DNA of 64,000 nucleotides from Octopus sinensis (Eukaryota), in NCBI RefSeq assembly GCF_006345805.1, contig NC_043008.1, positions 14,756,001 through 14,820,000 on the forward strand. Reading direction: 5' to 3'. Shown in pieces: positions 37,566 to 51,706 of this stretch. The translations under genes were made by a program, and so were the position numbers. Position 1 is the first letter of the stretch, and each line of letters begins with the position of its first letter. The notes beneath the pieces are model-generated. The model was given only the letters and a program-made list of their open reading frames with translations. It was not told the DNA's origin and did no database searches.

Positions 37566-37787
37566 CCCTTTTGATACCAACCCGGCTGAAACCACCGCTG
37601 GCTCTGTAGTACAAATGATTTGTTTTTATAAGTTTTGAACAAAAATCTTCCATCAAACTTTAGTCACAATTTATGTTCCTAACACTAGCTTAACGATAAC
37701 TGAGTTATTTTACTAAACTCTTTGTGGTATTTAAAATTAATTGAAAGAAACACAGAGCATCTCAAAATAAATACCGTAATGAAAGGG
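37566..37787. mobile_element. Second 222-bp copy of the same piggyBac-type MITE
   Basis: TTAA (37562-37565), CCCTTTTGATAC ... GTAATGAAAGGG, TTAA (37788-37791). Collinear with the first copy. Confidence 0.9.
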
Positions 37788-38314
37788 TTAAAGTTTAATT
37801 TTTGCTGCTGTATCTTGAAAAAGTTTAAGAGCCTGTTTAAATTGTTTAACCATCTTTGTAAAATTTCTGGAAGACATGAACTAAGAAACAAGACAATACA
37901 AGAAAAACTTCAATGCAGTACCAATATCAAAATATCTGTACATTTTGTGGCACCACTTCAAAACACATTTTCTTGTAATATTTCCTATCACAAAAATCCT
38001 ATTGTATCAAGATGCAATATATCAGAAAATATCTGTCAACAAAACATTTGATATCACATGCATTGTACTTTATATCATATATATATATGATTTATTTATA
38101 TGAGTGTATGTGTTTGTGTATATGTATATTATGGATGTATTTATACAGGTATAGGTACATGCGTGTATGTATATCTTTTTATGTATCACATTTAACGTAA
38201 ATATATTGTGATATATAAATTTATACATGTATATATACAAATTTTTTTATATATATATATATATGCTTGTATATTATATATATAAGCTTGTTATTATTGT
38301 GTATACAATGTATT

Positions 38315-38346
<32 letters not shown>

Positions 38347-38442
38347 ATAATATATATATATATATTATATATATATATATATTATTATATTATATATAAT
38401 ATATATATATATATTATATATATATATATTATATTATGTATA

Positions 38443-38490
<48 letters not shown>

Positions 38491-39453
38491 ATATATATAA
38501 TATATATATTATATATATATAATGTATATATATATGTATATATATATATATAATATATATACTATATAATATATTAAATATAGCTGAGGAAAGTAGATGT
38601 TACATTATGTAGCAAAAAAAAAAATGTAGCAAGTTTCTGGTAGTTGCACTGATCTGGTTCCATTTTCAGTTTGATAAATGTAACAAAGGGAAAAAAAAAA
38701 AATAATAATAATAAAGGAAGACGTGGGAGGAAAAAAAAATTTAAAGAAGTGAAAAAAAAAATCAGAGCACCAGTTTTGGTGGAATCGTATATCTTATTGA
38801 AGCACTGTCATAGTAGCTACATCATTAAAAAAAAATAATCCTATTATTTCCCATTTTACCATTGTTACAGTGCCTGGTGGCATTCCTTGATGTTGGTTAT
38901 CCTAATGGATTTTTAATATTCTGTTCTACAGAATCGACACTCGTGCCTAGAGATATTAATGCCAAAGCATGCATCAAGCATGTTTTTAAAGCTTCCTTTT
39001 TGTGTTCCTGTCTGACTGACTCTCACCTGGTAGTTACACCATTCTGAGCAATTTTTTTTCTCTTGAATGTATTACAAATTACGAATAGGTAAGTTTGCTG
39101 CAATTAGCTGTAGAATTCACATAGCAACTACAATATACATACACATATATATATATATATATATATATAAAGGGAAAGTTTACGAAAGACAAAGGCAGGT
39201 GGAGTACAAACAAACAAATGTATTAGTATAGCGCTCAGGAATAGAAAAAGTCTTTTACGTTTCGAGCCTACGCTCTTCGACAGAAAGATACACAGAAAAA
39301 AACAAGGAGAGAAAAAAAATGCATGTAGTAGCTAACGATCTATCATGGCATCCTGACATATATATACATCTAATATAGGATAAAATTTTTCAAAAAACAT
39401 TTTATCAATGGCCAGCATATGAAAAAATACCTTTAAAGGTTAAATTTATAAAC

Positions 39454-39828
39454 AACTTATAAACAAGGACAAAAAAGAAAAATTCTAATGCCAAATATGC
39501 CGAAAATAGACAAATTGTCAATAACCATATAATTTATCACTATTAACATGTGTCTCGAAGTAAACCGACAGAAATTTCTAAAAAATTCCGTTATTACCGC
39601 ATTGGTCCCAATTTCAGAGTTAATTCATAAGAATTTTCTCCTCATTAGCGATAAATACGTAAGACATAAATGAAATACTTACTCATACCTATGGAAGAAG
39701 ACAGAAATTTCTGTCAGTTTACTTCGAGACACGTGTTAATAGTGGTAAATTATATGGTTATTGACAATTTGTCTATTTTCGGCATATTTGGCATTAGAAT
39801 ATTTTTCTTTTGCCCTTGTTTATAAGTT
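39454..39828. repeat. Fold-back element, 126-bp arms with 123-bp spacer
   Basis: Arms 39454-39579 and 39703-39828. Confidence 0.9.
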
Positions 39829-39931
39829 ATATATCTCAATAAGGATAAGATTGTTAATTTAAATTAAATAATTATCTTATCAAGTGGCCAGCATGGAAAT
39901 AAAAACCTTCAAAGGTAAGAATTATTATTAA

Positions 39932-40175
39932 AATTATAACTTAGGGTATCTACGAGATACTACCATGCTGAAAATAGCAACCAGGATCTGACTCTAAGAC
40001 CACATTAAGTGTTCATATAGCACAAGGAGAGAAGACAAAATAAAGCTAGTAGTAATTTTTTACTAGTTTTGTCTTCTTTCCTTGTGCTATATGAACACTT
40101 AATGTGGTCTTAGAGTCAGATCCTGGCTGCTATTTTCAGCATGGCGGTATCTCATAGATAGCCTAAGTTATAATT
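39932..40175. repeat. Fold-back element, 109-bp arms with 26-bp spacer
   Basis: Arms 39932-40040 and 40067-40175. Confidence 0.9.
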
Positions 40176-40347
40176 ATATATATATATATATATATGTATA
40201 TACATAAAATGCATCTAGCTACTAGCTGGTATATACAGGGGCTTACACTTATCAATTATTCACCCTGAATTTATTGTACCTGCCTGACTTACATTGTCAA
40301 TTGGATCGGATCCTATATATATGTATATATATATATATATATGTATG

Positions 40348-40394
<47 letters not shown>

Positions 40395-40519
40395 GTACAA
40401 AGTAAGATAGGGTGTAACCCACTATGAGATATCATATAAAATGAATAAATAATCTAACATTATAATATCCGTAAGTCGATGAACTAACTAAATTTGTTTC
40501 TCCATTATCTTATTTGTAT

Positions 40520-40556
<37 letters not shown>

Positions 40557-40947
40557 ATATATATATGTATGTGTGTGTGTATTTAAGTATGTATGTATAC
40601 ACATATGCATGCATAAATATATCTACATATATAAAATGATGATTGATATATATATATATATGTGTATATATTGTAAGCTAAATCATTAAATATTGATGCA
40701 AAGTTGCATGGTGATTGCTATTAGTTTAGGCTAAGTTCCATTCCACCTGAGTTCTCGTTGAGTCTCTTGACACATGTTATTACTGCTAGAAGAGGATTAA
40801 AATGGTTGGGGTTGATATGATTATAGGACTTATTAGCTCATGGTTCATGGGTTCAAACCCACTGCAGGTATTTTGATGGATCTGCAAGCAAGACATCGTA
40901 TTTTATTTTATTTATGCTTTTCTTTTTCGTTTTTTGTTTTTTGTCAG

Positions 40948-41012
40948 AACTAACTTTTTTGAAAGAAAAGTTATCAGAACTTCTGAGAAATGTTACTTGT
41001 GATGAAAGATTG
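40948..41012 (+). CDS. Candidate coding exon (E)LTFLKEKLSELLRNVTCDERL
   Basis: Strong T-rich acceptor GTCAG| at 40947 and donor TTG|GTAAGC at 41012. The only open frame is phase 1, matching the 35355 donor. Confidence 0.35.
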
Positions 41013-41443
41013 GTAAGCTATTCAGTGGGAGTTTTTGTCTCCGATCTGCTTCTTTGAGCAGACTTAAGAAATGGAAAACCTACGGGGCCGTGTGATTCAA
41101 GAAAGGATTAAACTATGTTGCTCATATTCTTGAAAATGTTAAGCACATTATATAATCTAACTTCTGATTCTTTAGAAGGTCTGACATCTTTTGCCTATGA
41201 AAAATAAAAATCTATGTAAATAAAAAAATATTCATGAGTGTGTGTGTTGTCAACAAATTTTCTAAATTAAAAAAAAATTTTTTTTTGTGTTTTCTTTTCT
41301 CAGTGACATCTGAATTATCCATAATGTTGTTTTATTGAATATTTTCTTTCTTTTTAATGCCATTGTGATAGAAAAGAAATTATTTAGAAAAAAATAAATC
41401 TAAGCATTTATAAATGTGAAATTGAGGAGAAAAATACCTTAGG

Positions 41444-41818
41444 AGAATTACAAACAAGGTTTAATTCATTTTAAAAAAAAAAAACAATATTTAAAAAAAA
41501 TTTTAATTAGATACATAAATATTTTCGTTAAATAAACATCGCTTGACAACCGATGGTGGTGTGTTTACATCCCTGTAACTTAGCGGTTCGGCAAAAGAAA
41601 CCGATAGAATAAGTACTAGGCTTATAAAGAATTACAAACAAGGTTTAATTCACTTTTAAAGAAAAAAACAATATTTAAAAAAAAAATTTTAATTAGATGC
41701 ATAAATGTTTTCATTAAATAAACATCACTTGACAACCGATGGTGGTGTGTTTACATCCCTGTAACTTAGTGGTTCGGCAAAAGAAACCAATAGAATAAGT
41801 ACTAAGCTTATAAAGAAT
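41444..41818 (+). repeat. Tandem duplication (about 184-186 bp unit) of unique DNA plus part of a family A SINE
   Basis: AGAATTACAAACAAGG at 41444 and 41628. The junction uses AGAAT microhomology. Confidence 0.85.
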
Positions 41819-42279
41819 AAGTCCCGGGGTCGATTTGTTCAACTAAAGGCAGTGCTCCAGATGACTGAAATAAGCGAAAGAGTAAGGCAGTAACAGCTAA
41901 CTGGCACATAAGTTACTATTAGGCAAAATATATTGTGATATTTGTTCCAATTCTTGATGTTCTGTGTTCAAATCATACCAGCTTGACCTTTTGTCCTTCC
42001 AAGATCCCTTAAAATAAAGAACTTTCCAGGGTAGTGGATTAGTTGAAATTGTTAGAGTATTAAACAGTATGCTTTTGGGAGTATATATATTCTGGTCCTT
42101 TGTATTTCTCAGAACCTAGCACATGTGGTAAGCTATCTGCATTGAGCTGACAAGATGGTGTTTTGTAAAAAAAACGAAAGCAAGGGACGTAACTAGAAAC
42201 CATGTTGGAATTTTTCCATGAAAATGTCAGGACAAACACATAGTTGTGCATAATACATGTCAGCGATATTACTCGTGGC

Positions 42280-43065
42280 GAAGGTGGCGAGCTGGCAGAA
42301 ACGTTAGCACGCCAGGCGAAATGCTAAGCGGTATTTCGTCTGCGTTACGTTGTGAGTTCAAATTCCGCCAAGGTCAACTTTGCCTTTCATCCTTTCGGGG
42401 TCGAATAAATTAAGTACCAGTTACGCACTGGGGTCGATGTAATCGACTTAATACCTATGTCTGTCCTTGTTTGTCCCCTCTGTGTTTAGCCCCTTGTGGG
42501 TAATAAAGAAATAGGTATTTCGTCTGCCGCTATGTTCTGAGTTCAAATTTTGCTGAGGTCAACTTTGCCTTTCATCCTTTCGGGGTCGATAAATTAAGTA
42601 CCAGTTACGCACTGGGGTCGATGTAATCGACTTAATACCTATGTCTGTCCTTGTTTGTCCCCTCTGTGTTTAGCCCCTTGTGGGTAATAAAGAAATAGGT
42701 ATTTCGTCTGCCGCTATGTTCTGAGTTCAAATTTTGCTGAGGTCGACTTTGCCTTTCGTCCTTTCGGGGTCGAATAAATAAGTACCAGTTACGCACTGGG
42801 GTCGATGTAATCGACTTAATCCATTTGTCTGTCCTTGTTTGTCCCCTCTGTGTTTAGCCCCTTGTGGGTAATAAAGAAATAGGTATTTCGTCTGCCGCTA
42901 TGTTCTGAGTTCAAATTTTGCTGAGGTCGACTTTGCCTTTCATCCTTTCGGGGTCGAATAAATAAGTACCAGTTACGCACTGGGGTCAATATAATCGACT
43001 TAATCCGTTTGTCTGTCCTTGTTTGTCCTCTCTGTGTTTAGCCCCTTGTGGGTAGTAAAGAAATA
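42280..43065 (+). mobile_element. Family B SINE with one head and four tandem 184-bp bodies, flanked by one 15-bp TSD
   Basis: GTATTTCGTC at 42331, 42515, 42699 and 42883. GATATTACT(C/A)GTGGC at 42265-42279 and 43066-43080. Confidence 0.9.
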
Positions 43066-43611
43066 GATATTACTAGTGGCAGTAGGTGGGGGACATCATT
43101 ATAGGAAGAACAATAAATATGCTAGCACCATCTTTATGTTTTATTTTCATGTAAAGCATGTTCATGCGTATTTTCTCTTTGTCAGTATTATTCTGTGTTA
43201 ATTGTAAAAATGACCTCAAATTTAACCAGTGTCAACTTTACGTTTCATCCTTGTGGCAGATGGTTGATGAAATTAAGTACAAGTGAAACACTAGAATCAA
43301 TAAATTCCATTCTACTTTTGCCTTCAAGTTCGAGGCCTTGTGCCCGCCTCAGATGTCAATTTGGAACATCACTGATTCTCCTACATCTTCACTGTAAACA
43401 AACTAGAATCGTATTTGATTTTGAGAAAATTTGTTTCTGACATAAACATCATCTTCATTATTTTACATCTGCTTATCTTTGCTGGCATGGGTTAGACATG
43501 TCATGGTCCAGTTCAATTCTTGTTCAAAGTCATGGTCACCCATGACATTTTGGAGACCAAAATCCTGCTTGAATATTCTATTTTTTGGCATGGTTTCTAA
43601 GATTGGATACC

Positions 43612-43850
43612 CTTACCTATTTCTTTACTACCCACAAGTGGCTAAACACAGAGAGAAGATGAACATGGACAGACAAACAGATTAAGTCGTTTATATTGAC
43701 CCCAGTGCGTAACGGGTACTTATTTAATTGACCCCGAAAGGATGAAAGGCAAAGTCGACCTTGGCGGAATTTGAACTCAGAACGCAGCGGCAGACGAATA
43801 TCCGCTAAGCATTTCGCACGGCGTGCTAACGACTCTGCCAGCTCGCCGCC
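43612..43850 (-). mobile_element. Full-length family B SINE; further copies at about 45304-45555, 45870-46325, 47405-47625, 47655-47875 and 61790-61935
   Basis: Head-to-tail match to 23645-23864. Confidence 0.85.
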
Positions 43851-44199
43851 TTTACCATTGCCAACCACTTTACAGAATGTATTGGATAAATATTATTGTA
43901 GGCAAGCATTAGAGAGGCTGACCTTACAAGGTATTCATTTGTCAACCACTTCACAAAGTGCACTAGGTGCATTTTATCATGTTACCAGCACAACAGAAGT
44001 TATGCCTTGATGAAAAAGTTGTCTCACTTGGAAATCTTTAGTCTTATGTCTGTTCAGTCTTTCGCCAGCGGCAGATGATTGATTCATCCCCTGCAACAAT
44101 AATGTGAGCCAAATTGTTCCTCTAATTTCTCTATGTATTCATTTCTTTCTCTCACACACACCTGGGTGGGAAGAGAGTGAGAGTGGAATGAGTAGAAGA

Positions 44200-44640
44200 G
44201 TAAAAGAAGAGAAGAATTAGAATGATAGGTAGAAGATGATAGATGAAAGAGTAATAGAAGAGAGAAAAAGGAAGGAGTGTCAGACAGCTATATGCAGGTT
44301 GTTGGTAAGGAGATTGGATAGAAGCAACATGGTTGAGAATGTGATAAAAGAGAACTAGAGTGATATGGGTGAAAAGCTGATAGAAAACAGAATAGAATCA
44401 GAGACAGCTATATGATGATTGTTGGCAATGAGATTGAATAGAATCAGCTTGAATGGTGTGATAGGAGTAGGAGGAGGGAAGCAAGGGCATAGAATAGAGA
44501 ATACAATGAGAGAGTGATAGGTATTGATAATCAGTGATAGAAGAGAAGCAGTGTATGAAAGAGTGATGGATGGCAATGAATATGGTTGACGGTGAGGGTG
44601 GAAGTGATGTATGTTGATAATGAGTTATAGATAATATATG
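44200..44640. repeat. Degenerate purine-rich (GATAGA-type) minisatellite with about 120-bp higher-order similarity
   Basis: AGACAGCTATATG..GTTGTTGG at about 44282 and 44402; strong G/A strand bias. Confidence 0.5.
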
Positions 44641-45057
44641 AGATATGAAATATATATCTTAATAGCAACTCATGCTTTAATAAATACAGCTTCGTATCTA
44701 ATAAACTTTTCTTTTGGTTTTGTATTTTTTTTTTGTTCTGCATATTGATGTTTCTAATGTAATTAGTTATTTCTCACATTAGTACAGAACCAAGAATTTG
44801 TATGGACGATTATCAGTCCCCAATATTCATACTTATTTTATCACCAGTACCCCCTTCCACCCACCCACCCCCACCCACCCAACATGATATAGGTCCATAA
44901 TGTAATGTGAAATAATTAAAATACCACAAAACTAAATTCGTTTCTGCTATTCAACCACCACCAAAGAATTTCTGACAAAATTATGCTGCAGAAATGTTTT
45001 CGATTTCTCTCCTTCTTCTTGAGACAGGCTCATATCTGCAACTAATATTATAATTAA

Positions 45058-45635
45058 CTCTTTAGCATCTAAACTGGATATATCCAATCAAAATATCCTA
45101 TCAAGCCAGTCAGATCCAGCTGCTCACGCTTACCCTACAATGTCATTCTAAAAGTAAACAATCACATCACTGAAATCTCAAAGCTATGAGATAATGTGTG
45201 ATTAATTCAAAACAAGGCCAGATCCTGCCTTTCATACCTACCCTACAATGTCATTCTAAACGTAAACAGTCACATCATTGAAATCTCAGAGTTATATGAT
45301 AATCTTTTCTACTCCAGGCAAAAACCTGAAATTTTCGGGGAGGGGACAAGTCGATTAGATCAACCCCAGTACACAACCGGTACTTAATTTATCAACCCTG
45401 AAAATATAAAAAGCGAAGCTGACCTTGACGGAATTTATTAAAAGTTGAAAAGCAAACTCGACCATGGGGAAGTTGAACCCAGTGGGGGAAGACGGATGAA
45501 ATACCACTAAGTATTTAGCCTGACATGCTAACGATTTTGCCAGCTCGCCCTCAAAGTTATAAGATAATGCATGATTAATTCACAGTGTGAACAAATAAGC
45601 AATACATTTAACAGAGTGATACAAATGCTAAAGGT
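45058..45635. mobile_element. Second TTAA/piggyBac-type MITE family, interrupted by a family B SINE
   Basis: TTAA-CTCTTTAGCAT ... AAATGCTAAAGGT-TTAA. The SINE is flanked by GTTATA(T/A)GATAAT. An oppositely oriented, truncated copy starts at 61976 (TTAA-CCCTTTAGCATTT). Confidence 0.7.
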
Positions 45636-46477
45636 TTAAATTATGTGAATACTACTTATTGTATATGCATAATGCAGCCCTGGTGGTCAGCTGTCATAGG
45701 GGAGACAATTCCTTTTTTTTGTTTAAGTCAAAGCTGGGGTGGAGGTTTAATTTTAGATCTACTTATTTCTAGGAGAACAGGAAGCGCTCAGGGTCTTTTC
45801 CATATTTTCCTTTTCCTAAACAGAATAATTGTTTGTGGAAATAACTAAGGTCACAACAAGTAAATATTAGTTTGAAATTTTGGCATAAAGCCAGCAATTT
45901 TTTTTTGATGGGGGAGCATCAATCTCAGTATTTTACCAATGCTTATTTTATTGACCCTGGAAAGATAAAAGGCAAAGTTGACTTTGATGGAATTTGAACT
46001 CAGGACGTAAAGACAGCCAAAATGCTACTAAGCATTTTTTTTTCCCAGTATGCTAACAATTCTTTACTACAATAGGCACAAGGCCTGAAATTTTGAGGGA
46101 AAGGGGCAAGTTGATTACATCAACCCCAAAAAGATGAAAGGCTAAGTCGACCTCGGCAGAAATTTGATCTCAGAATATAGCGCAAGCAAAATACCTATTT
46201 CTTTACTACCCACAAGGGGCTAAAAACAGAGAGGACAAACAAGGACAGACAAATGGATTAAGTCGATTATATTGACCCCAGTGCGTAACTGGTACTTATT
46301 TAATTGACCCCGAAAGGATGAAACTCCAAGCTTTGTAGAATGAGAAACCTTCAAAAATTCTCCAGCAGCCCACTGCAGTAAATAAAGGAAACACGTAACC
46401 AAAGAGGTGTTCTTTGAGAGAAAGAATTCTGGGAAGGAAGAGGAAATATCTTGGTCTTCTACACATTGCTCTAACCA

Positions 46478-46773
46478 CATGGCCTAGTGGTTAGAGCAGC
46501 AGACTCGCGGTCGAGGGATCACGGATTAGAATCTCAGACCGGGCGATGTGTGTGTTTACTAGCGAAACACCTAAGTTCCACGCGGCTCTGGCAGAAGGTA
46601 ATGGCAGAACTTCTGCTGACTCTTTCGCCACAACTTTCTCTCACTCTTTCTTCCTGCATCTTGCAGCTCACCTGCGATGGACCGGTGTCCCGTCCAGGTG
46701 GGGAACCTATATGCCAAGGAAACCGGGAAACCCGCCCTTATGAGCCAAGCATGGCTCAAGAAGGAACAAACAA
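46478..46773 (+). mobile_element. SINE family D, second copy
   Basis: Collinear with 16179-16486. Confidence 0.85.
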
Positions 46774-49771
46774 AATATTGCTTGTTGCAGGTGTAAAGAG
46801 AGCTGGGTGGAATTAGAGGGGTGGGTTCTCCATTTGAACCTTTGCAGAGATGGAGATTCATTTAAATTTTTGCAGCTTAAATGTAGAGGAGAGCTTAAGA
46901 GAATGGATTTTACTTTCTATCTTTTACTTATTTGAGTTGTTGGTCTGTGACCATGCTGGGGCACTGCTCTGTAGATTTTAATCAAATTTATTCTATCAGT
47001 CTCTTTTGCTGAACCACTACATTATGGGGACACAAACTAACCAAAATCCAAATACCGAGCAGTAGTAGGGGACAAACGCAAACACACATGTGTGCATATA
47101 TACAATGGGCTCCTTTCAGTTTCTGTCTACTAAATCCACTCACAAGGACTATAATAGAATACACCTGCCCAAGGTGCCACGCAGTGGGGCTGAACCTGGA
47201 ACCATGTGGTTGGGAAGTAAGCTTCTTAACCAAAGGGCTACATGTGTCTATTGGTAAATTAGTTTACCACATGGACTATAGATAAAGGTTTAGGGGCACA
47301 GGGCATCATAGTAGCAATAGATGAAGCAGAAATAAGGAAAATACTTGAGAATAGTTTAATTTAATTGACTATAATTTTTGTGGCCTTGTGCCAATGTTAG
47401 ATATTAACACTGAATTCAAATTTTGGCACAAGGCCAGCAATTTCGGGGGAGGAGATAAGTTGATGACATCAACCACAGTACTCAGCTGGTACTTATTTTA
47501 TCAACCCCAAAAGGATAAAAGGCAAAGTCAACCCCAGCGGAATTTGAACTCAGATGATAAAAACAGGTGAAAAGTCATTGAACATTTTTTCCAGGTGTGT
47601 TAACAATTCTGCCAGCATGACATCGTATTAGATATTGATATTAATTGGCAGAAAAAGGTAACGAGCTAGCAGAATCATTAACACTCTGGGCAAAATGCTT
47701 AGCAGCATTTCATCTGTCTTAAGTTCTGAGTTCAAATTCTGCTGAAGTCAGCTTTGCCTTTCATTCTTTCAGGGGTCAATAAAACAAGTACCGGTTAAAC
47801 ATTAGGGTCAATTAAATCAGATTCCTCCTCCTCCACCGAAATTGCTGGCCTTGTGCCAAAATTTGAAATCATTATTAACAGACAGAAATGGTAGGGTGTC
47901 AGATTAAATGTCTGATAGTATTCAGTCCTGCCTCTCTACATTCTGAGTTCAAATCCTAGCTTAGGACAACTTTACCTTTGACCCTTTCACAGCTGTTATT
48001 GCTGGTGGTGAGTCAGCAGAGCACTGAACGAAGGGCCATATGATATTTGTTCCAGTATTTTGTGTTCTGTGTTCAAATTCTGTCAAAACCTATTTTATCT
48101 TTTTATCCTTCTATGGTCATTTAATGAAATACCAGTTTTGGTTGGTTGACCAGTAGAATTGTTTGAGTGGTGGATAGGACATCTTGCAGTATTTGTTCCA
48201 TTTCATTGTGTTATGAGTTCAAATTTCACTGTGGCCTTCTTGGGTGGCAAGCTTAAACCATCACTGAGTTTAAAACTGCCACCCAGCTCTTTGATGCCTT
48301 TAATTGAATCCTTTCTTATGCAAACATTCAGATCATGATTTTTCATTTGATGACCCCTTCCTTCCTCCCTTTTACCAATCTTGGAGGCCCTATAAAAAGG
48401 TCATGGACCCTAATTTTTCCTTCTGATTAAAGTAGTAACATGCTTATATCTACACGCAAACAAAACAAATAAATAAAACCAGTTTATAATTAGCTCATAA
48501 TTCTTTGAAGGACGTTTACTACCATGTCAGCAAAGCCACAGTCGTTAGAATAAAAAGAAAAATTAGCAACTAAACAAAATCTTCAAATTTTTTCTGTAAA
48601 TAAAAAATAAAAGGTTACTTTATTTTCTCCATGGCAACAGCATTATTATATGGGTGTTGGCATGGCTATGTGGTTAAGAAGTTTTCTTTAAAACTATGTG
48701 ATTTTAGGTTCAGTTCCACTGCACAATTCCTTTGGTAAATGTCTTCTACTATAGCCCCAGGCCTACTATCTTGTGAGCAGATTTCTTAGACAGAAACTGA
48801 ACGAAGGCCATTGTGTGTGTGTGTATAGATAGAGTTCAAATTCCACCGTGGTCCACTCTGCTTTTCATCCTTTCTGGATTGATAAAATAAGTGTCATCTG
48901 AGTACCAGGATTGATGTAGAGCAACTTACCATCTTCCCCAAAATTGCTGGCCTTGTGCAAAAATCTGAAATCAATATATCCATTTACATATATATGTTAA
49001 ATTTTTGTTCGAATACAACAAGTTTTGTTTTCTATATAAGTGGCAAATATTTTTTTTTTCCATGAAAGTAGAGAATACAAAATTATGGTTTCACATAACA
49101 AATATTTTTGCATAATAGTTTTACAGAAAATATGTTAGTGTATGCATTCACAAAGTAAGTTTGACATACATAGCATGAAAAAAGGAAGGGAGAGACAAAA
49201 AAATATCACATCTTACTTAAAGGTTTTTCATAGGAGAACAGTTTTAATGAATAAATTTTACTGCATTTTGTAGGCAAAAGAGATTTTGTACTTAAAGAAA
49301 AATCATACTTAACTAACCAGGATCCAGGTTTTCACTGTCATACAGCTTAACAAAGTTCCAAGTAACTCTTCCATTATATGTAAATACCATATGGCATACA
49401 TATATATATATATTATGATAGTTATTGCCAAGCTTACATGGCAGTCCAGAAAAATAGGACGAATGCTGCCATTGAATAGCTCTAAGAGGCCATTGCCTCT
49501 AGCTAGCAATGTGACACACAAACCATTATAACCTGTCCATTATAACCTTCGGACAGGGGAGGTCAGCAGCTTCCCTTGCTGGTCTGGCTTGCCCTTGCTT
49601 CCCACCTTATGTATATCCTCATCATTATCATCATCGTTTAACGTCCGTTTTCCATGCTAGCATGGGTTGGACAGTTCGACTAGGGTCTGGGAAGCCAGGA
49701 GGCTGCACCAAGCTCCAGTCTGAACTGGCAGTGTTTCTACAGCTGGATGCCCTTCCTAACACATATACACA

Positions 49772-49817
<46 letters not shown>

Positions 49818-49819
49818 AC

Positions 49820-49883
<64 letters not shown>

Positions 49884-50624
49884 CTAGATAGATACATACA
49901 TACATACATACATAAGTAAATAGATAGATAGATAGACCGATGTGTGTGTGCATGTTTATATAAACATTTAAGGCCTTGGCAATTTCTGTTTTCCTTTTAT
50001 GAAAGAGAATTAGTTGCCCATGCATGGTTCATTTTCAAGTATTCTACAAAACGTGTCTAGCCATGGAGAAATATTACCCAGCTTGGAAACTGGTGAGGAT
50101 TGATGACAGGAAGAGCGTCCAGCCATAGAAAAATCTGCCATCATAAGCTCCATCCGACCCATGCCGGCATGGGAAAGTAGATGTTAAAATGATGATGATG
50201 ATGATGACGAGGACGATGATGGTGATGATGATGATGATGATGATGGTCATGGTGATGACGATGACGATGATGATGATGATAATGATGATGATGATGTATG
50301 TATGTATGTAGATTTTCAGTCTCTTTTACCGGTAATTGTATGGAGAGTTATTCATTTGCTAGAATCAGCACCTTTTAAAGCGTGTATACAAGACTAATTA
50401 AATGGAGAGATCGTAAATCTCAGCCTGGAAGAGAGATTGGAAGATACGTAGCAGTTATCTCAAGCACTATCTGGTGTAAGACATTATTAAAGAGAACAAT
50501 ACAGAAGGTACGTTATAAATTATATACAGACATACTTACATACATACATTCACACACACACACACAACAACCACACACACACATACATGTATACTTACAT
50601 ATATATACATGCAATCATACATAC

Positions 50625-50655
<31 letters not shown>

Positions 50656-50780
50656 GATATAGATATATATGTAATAGGTGTATATATATATATAACACAA
50701 CACACATATATTTATATATATTATATATATATAATATATATATATATATAAATATATGTATATATGTATCTCTCTCTCTC

Positions 50781-50821
<41 letters not shown>

Positions 50822-50946
50822 TATACATACATATACATATATATATACATACATATACATAATATAGCATGGAAAGCGGACATTAAATGATGATGATGAT
50901 GATATATATATATATATATACATATGTATATATTATATATAATATA

Positions 50947-51002
<56 letters not shown>

Positions 51003-51184
51003 AGTATGTATGTGTATGTATGTATGTATATATATATATATATATATTATATACATATATATACATATATATACATTATATATACATATATATAGCATGG
51101 AAAGCGGACGTTAAATGATGATGATGATGATGAATATATATATACATATATATATATACATATATTATATACATATACATATAT

Positions 51185-51218
<34 letters not shown>

Positions 51219-51656
51219 ATATTATATATATATGTATGTATGTATGTATGTCTTTATATATAAGTATGTATGATTAATAATAATATCTATAAATATATGG
51301 ATATAAGTATTTATTTGTAGGAGTGTGCGTGTGTATGTATGTGTGTGTGTATGTATCTAATATGTGTATATATATTCGATCAATAACTGTGATTATTATG
51401 CATCATATTAATATACATCGAAATGTGTAATATATTTGGAGACACAGATCTTTATATGTTAATATATTGGTATTTACCGTTTTCAGTGTTCCCTTACTCA
51501 AGCTTCATATGTTTTGATATTGGCTGAGAGCAATCAACGGATGGATAGTGAAGGAGTGCTCTGATGCACACCGAAACACACCTTGTGAAGGTGTAATAAA
51601 CCTTAACATATCTGTATGTATGTCTGTTATTATCTTCTATCTATCTATCTTATGAA

Positions 51657-51706
<50 letters not shown>

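Noticed and set aside
50362-50508. Segment ending in a good donor (AAG|GTACGT) with a protein-like frame NGEIVNLSLEERLEDT*QLSQALS
   Set aside because: That frame has three stops, the open frame has a weak acceptor, and I recognise no homology.
51558-51600. CTGATGC-ACACC-GAAAC...GTA motif (also 11274-11310, 19440-19460 and 55580-55615)
   Set aside because: Core substitutions or missing stem I/II; not supportable as ribozymes.
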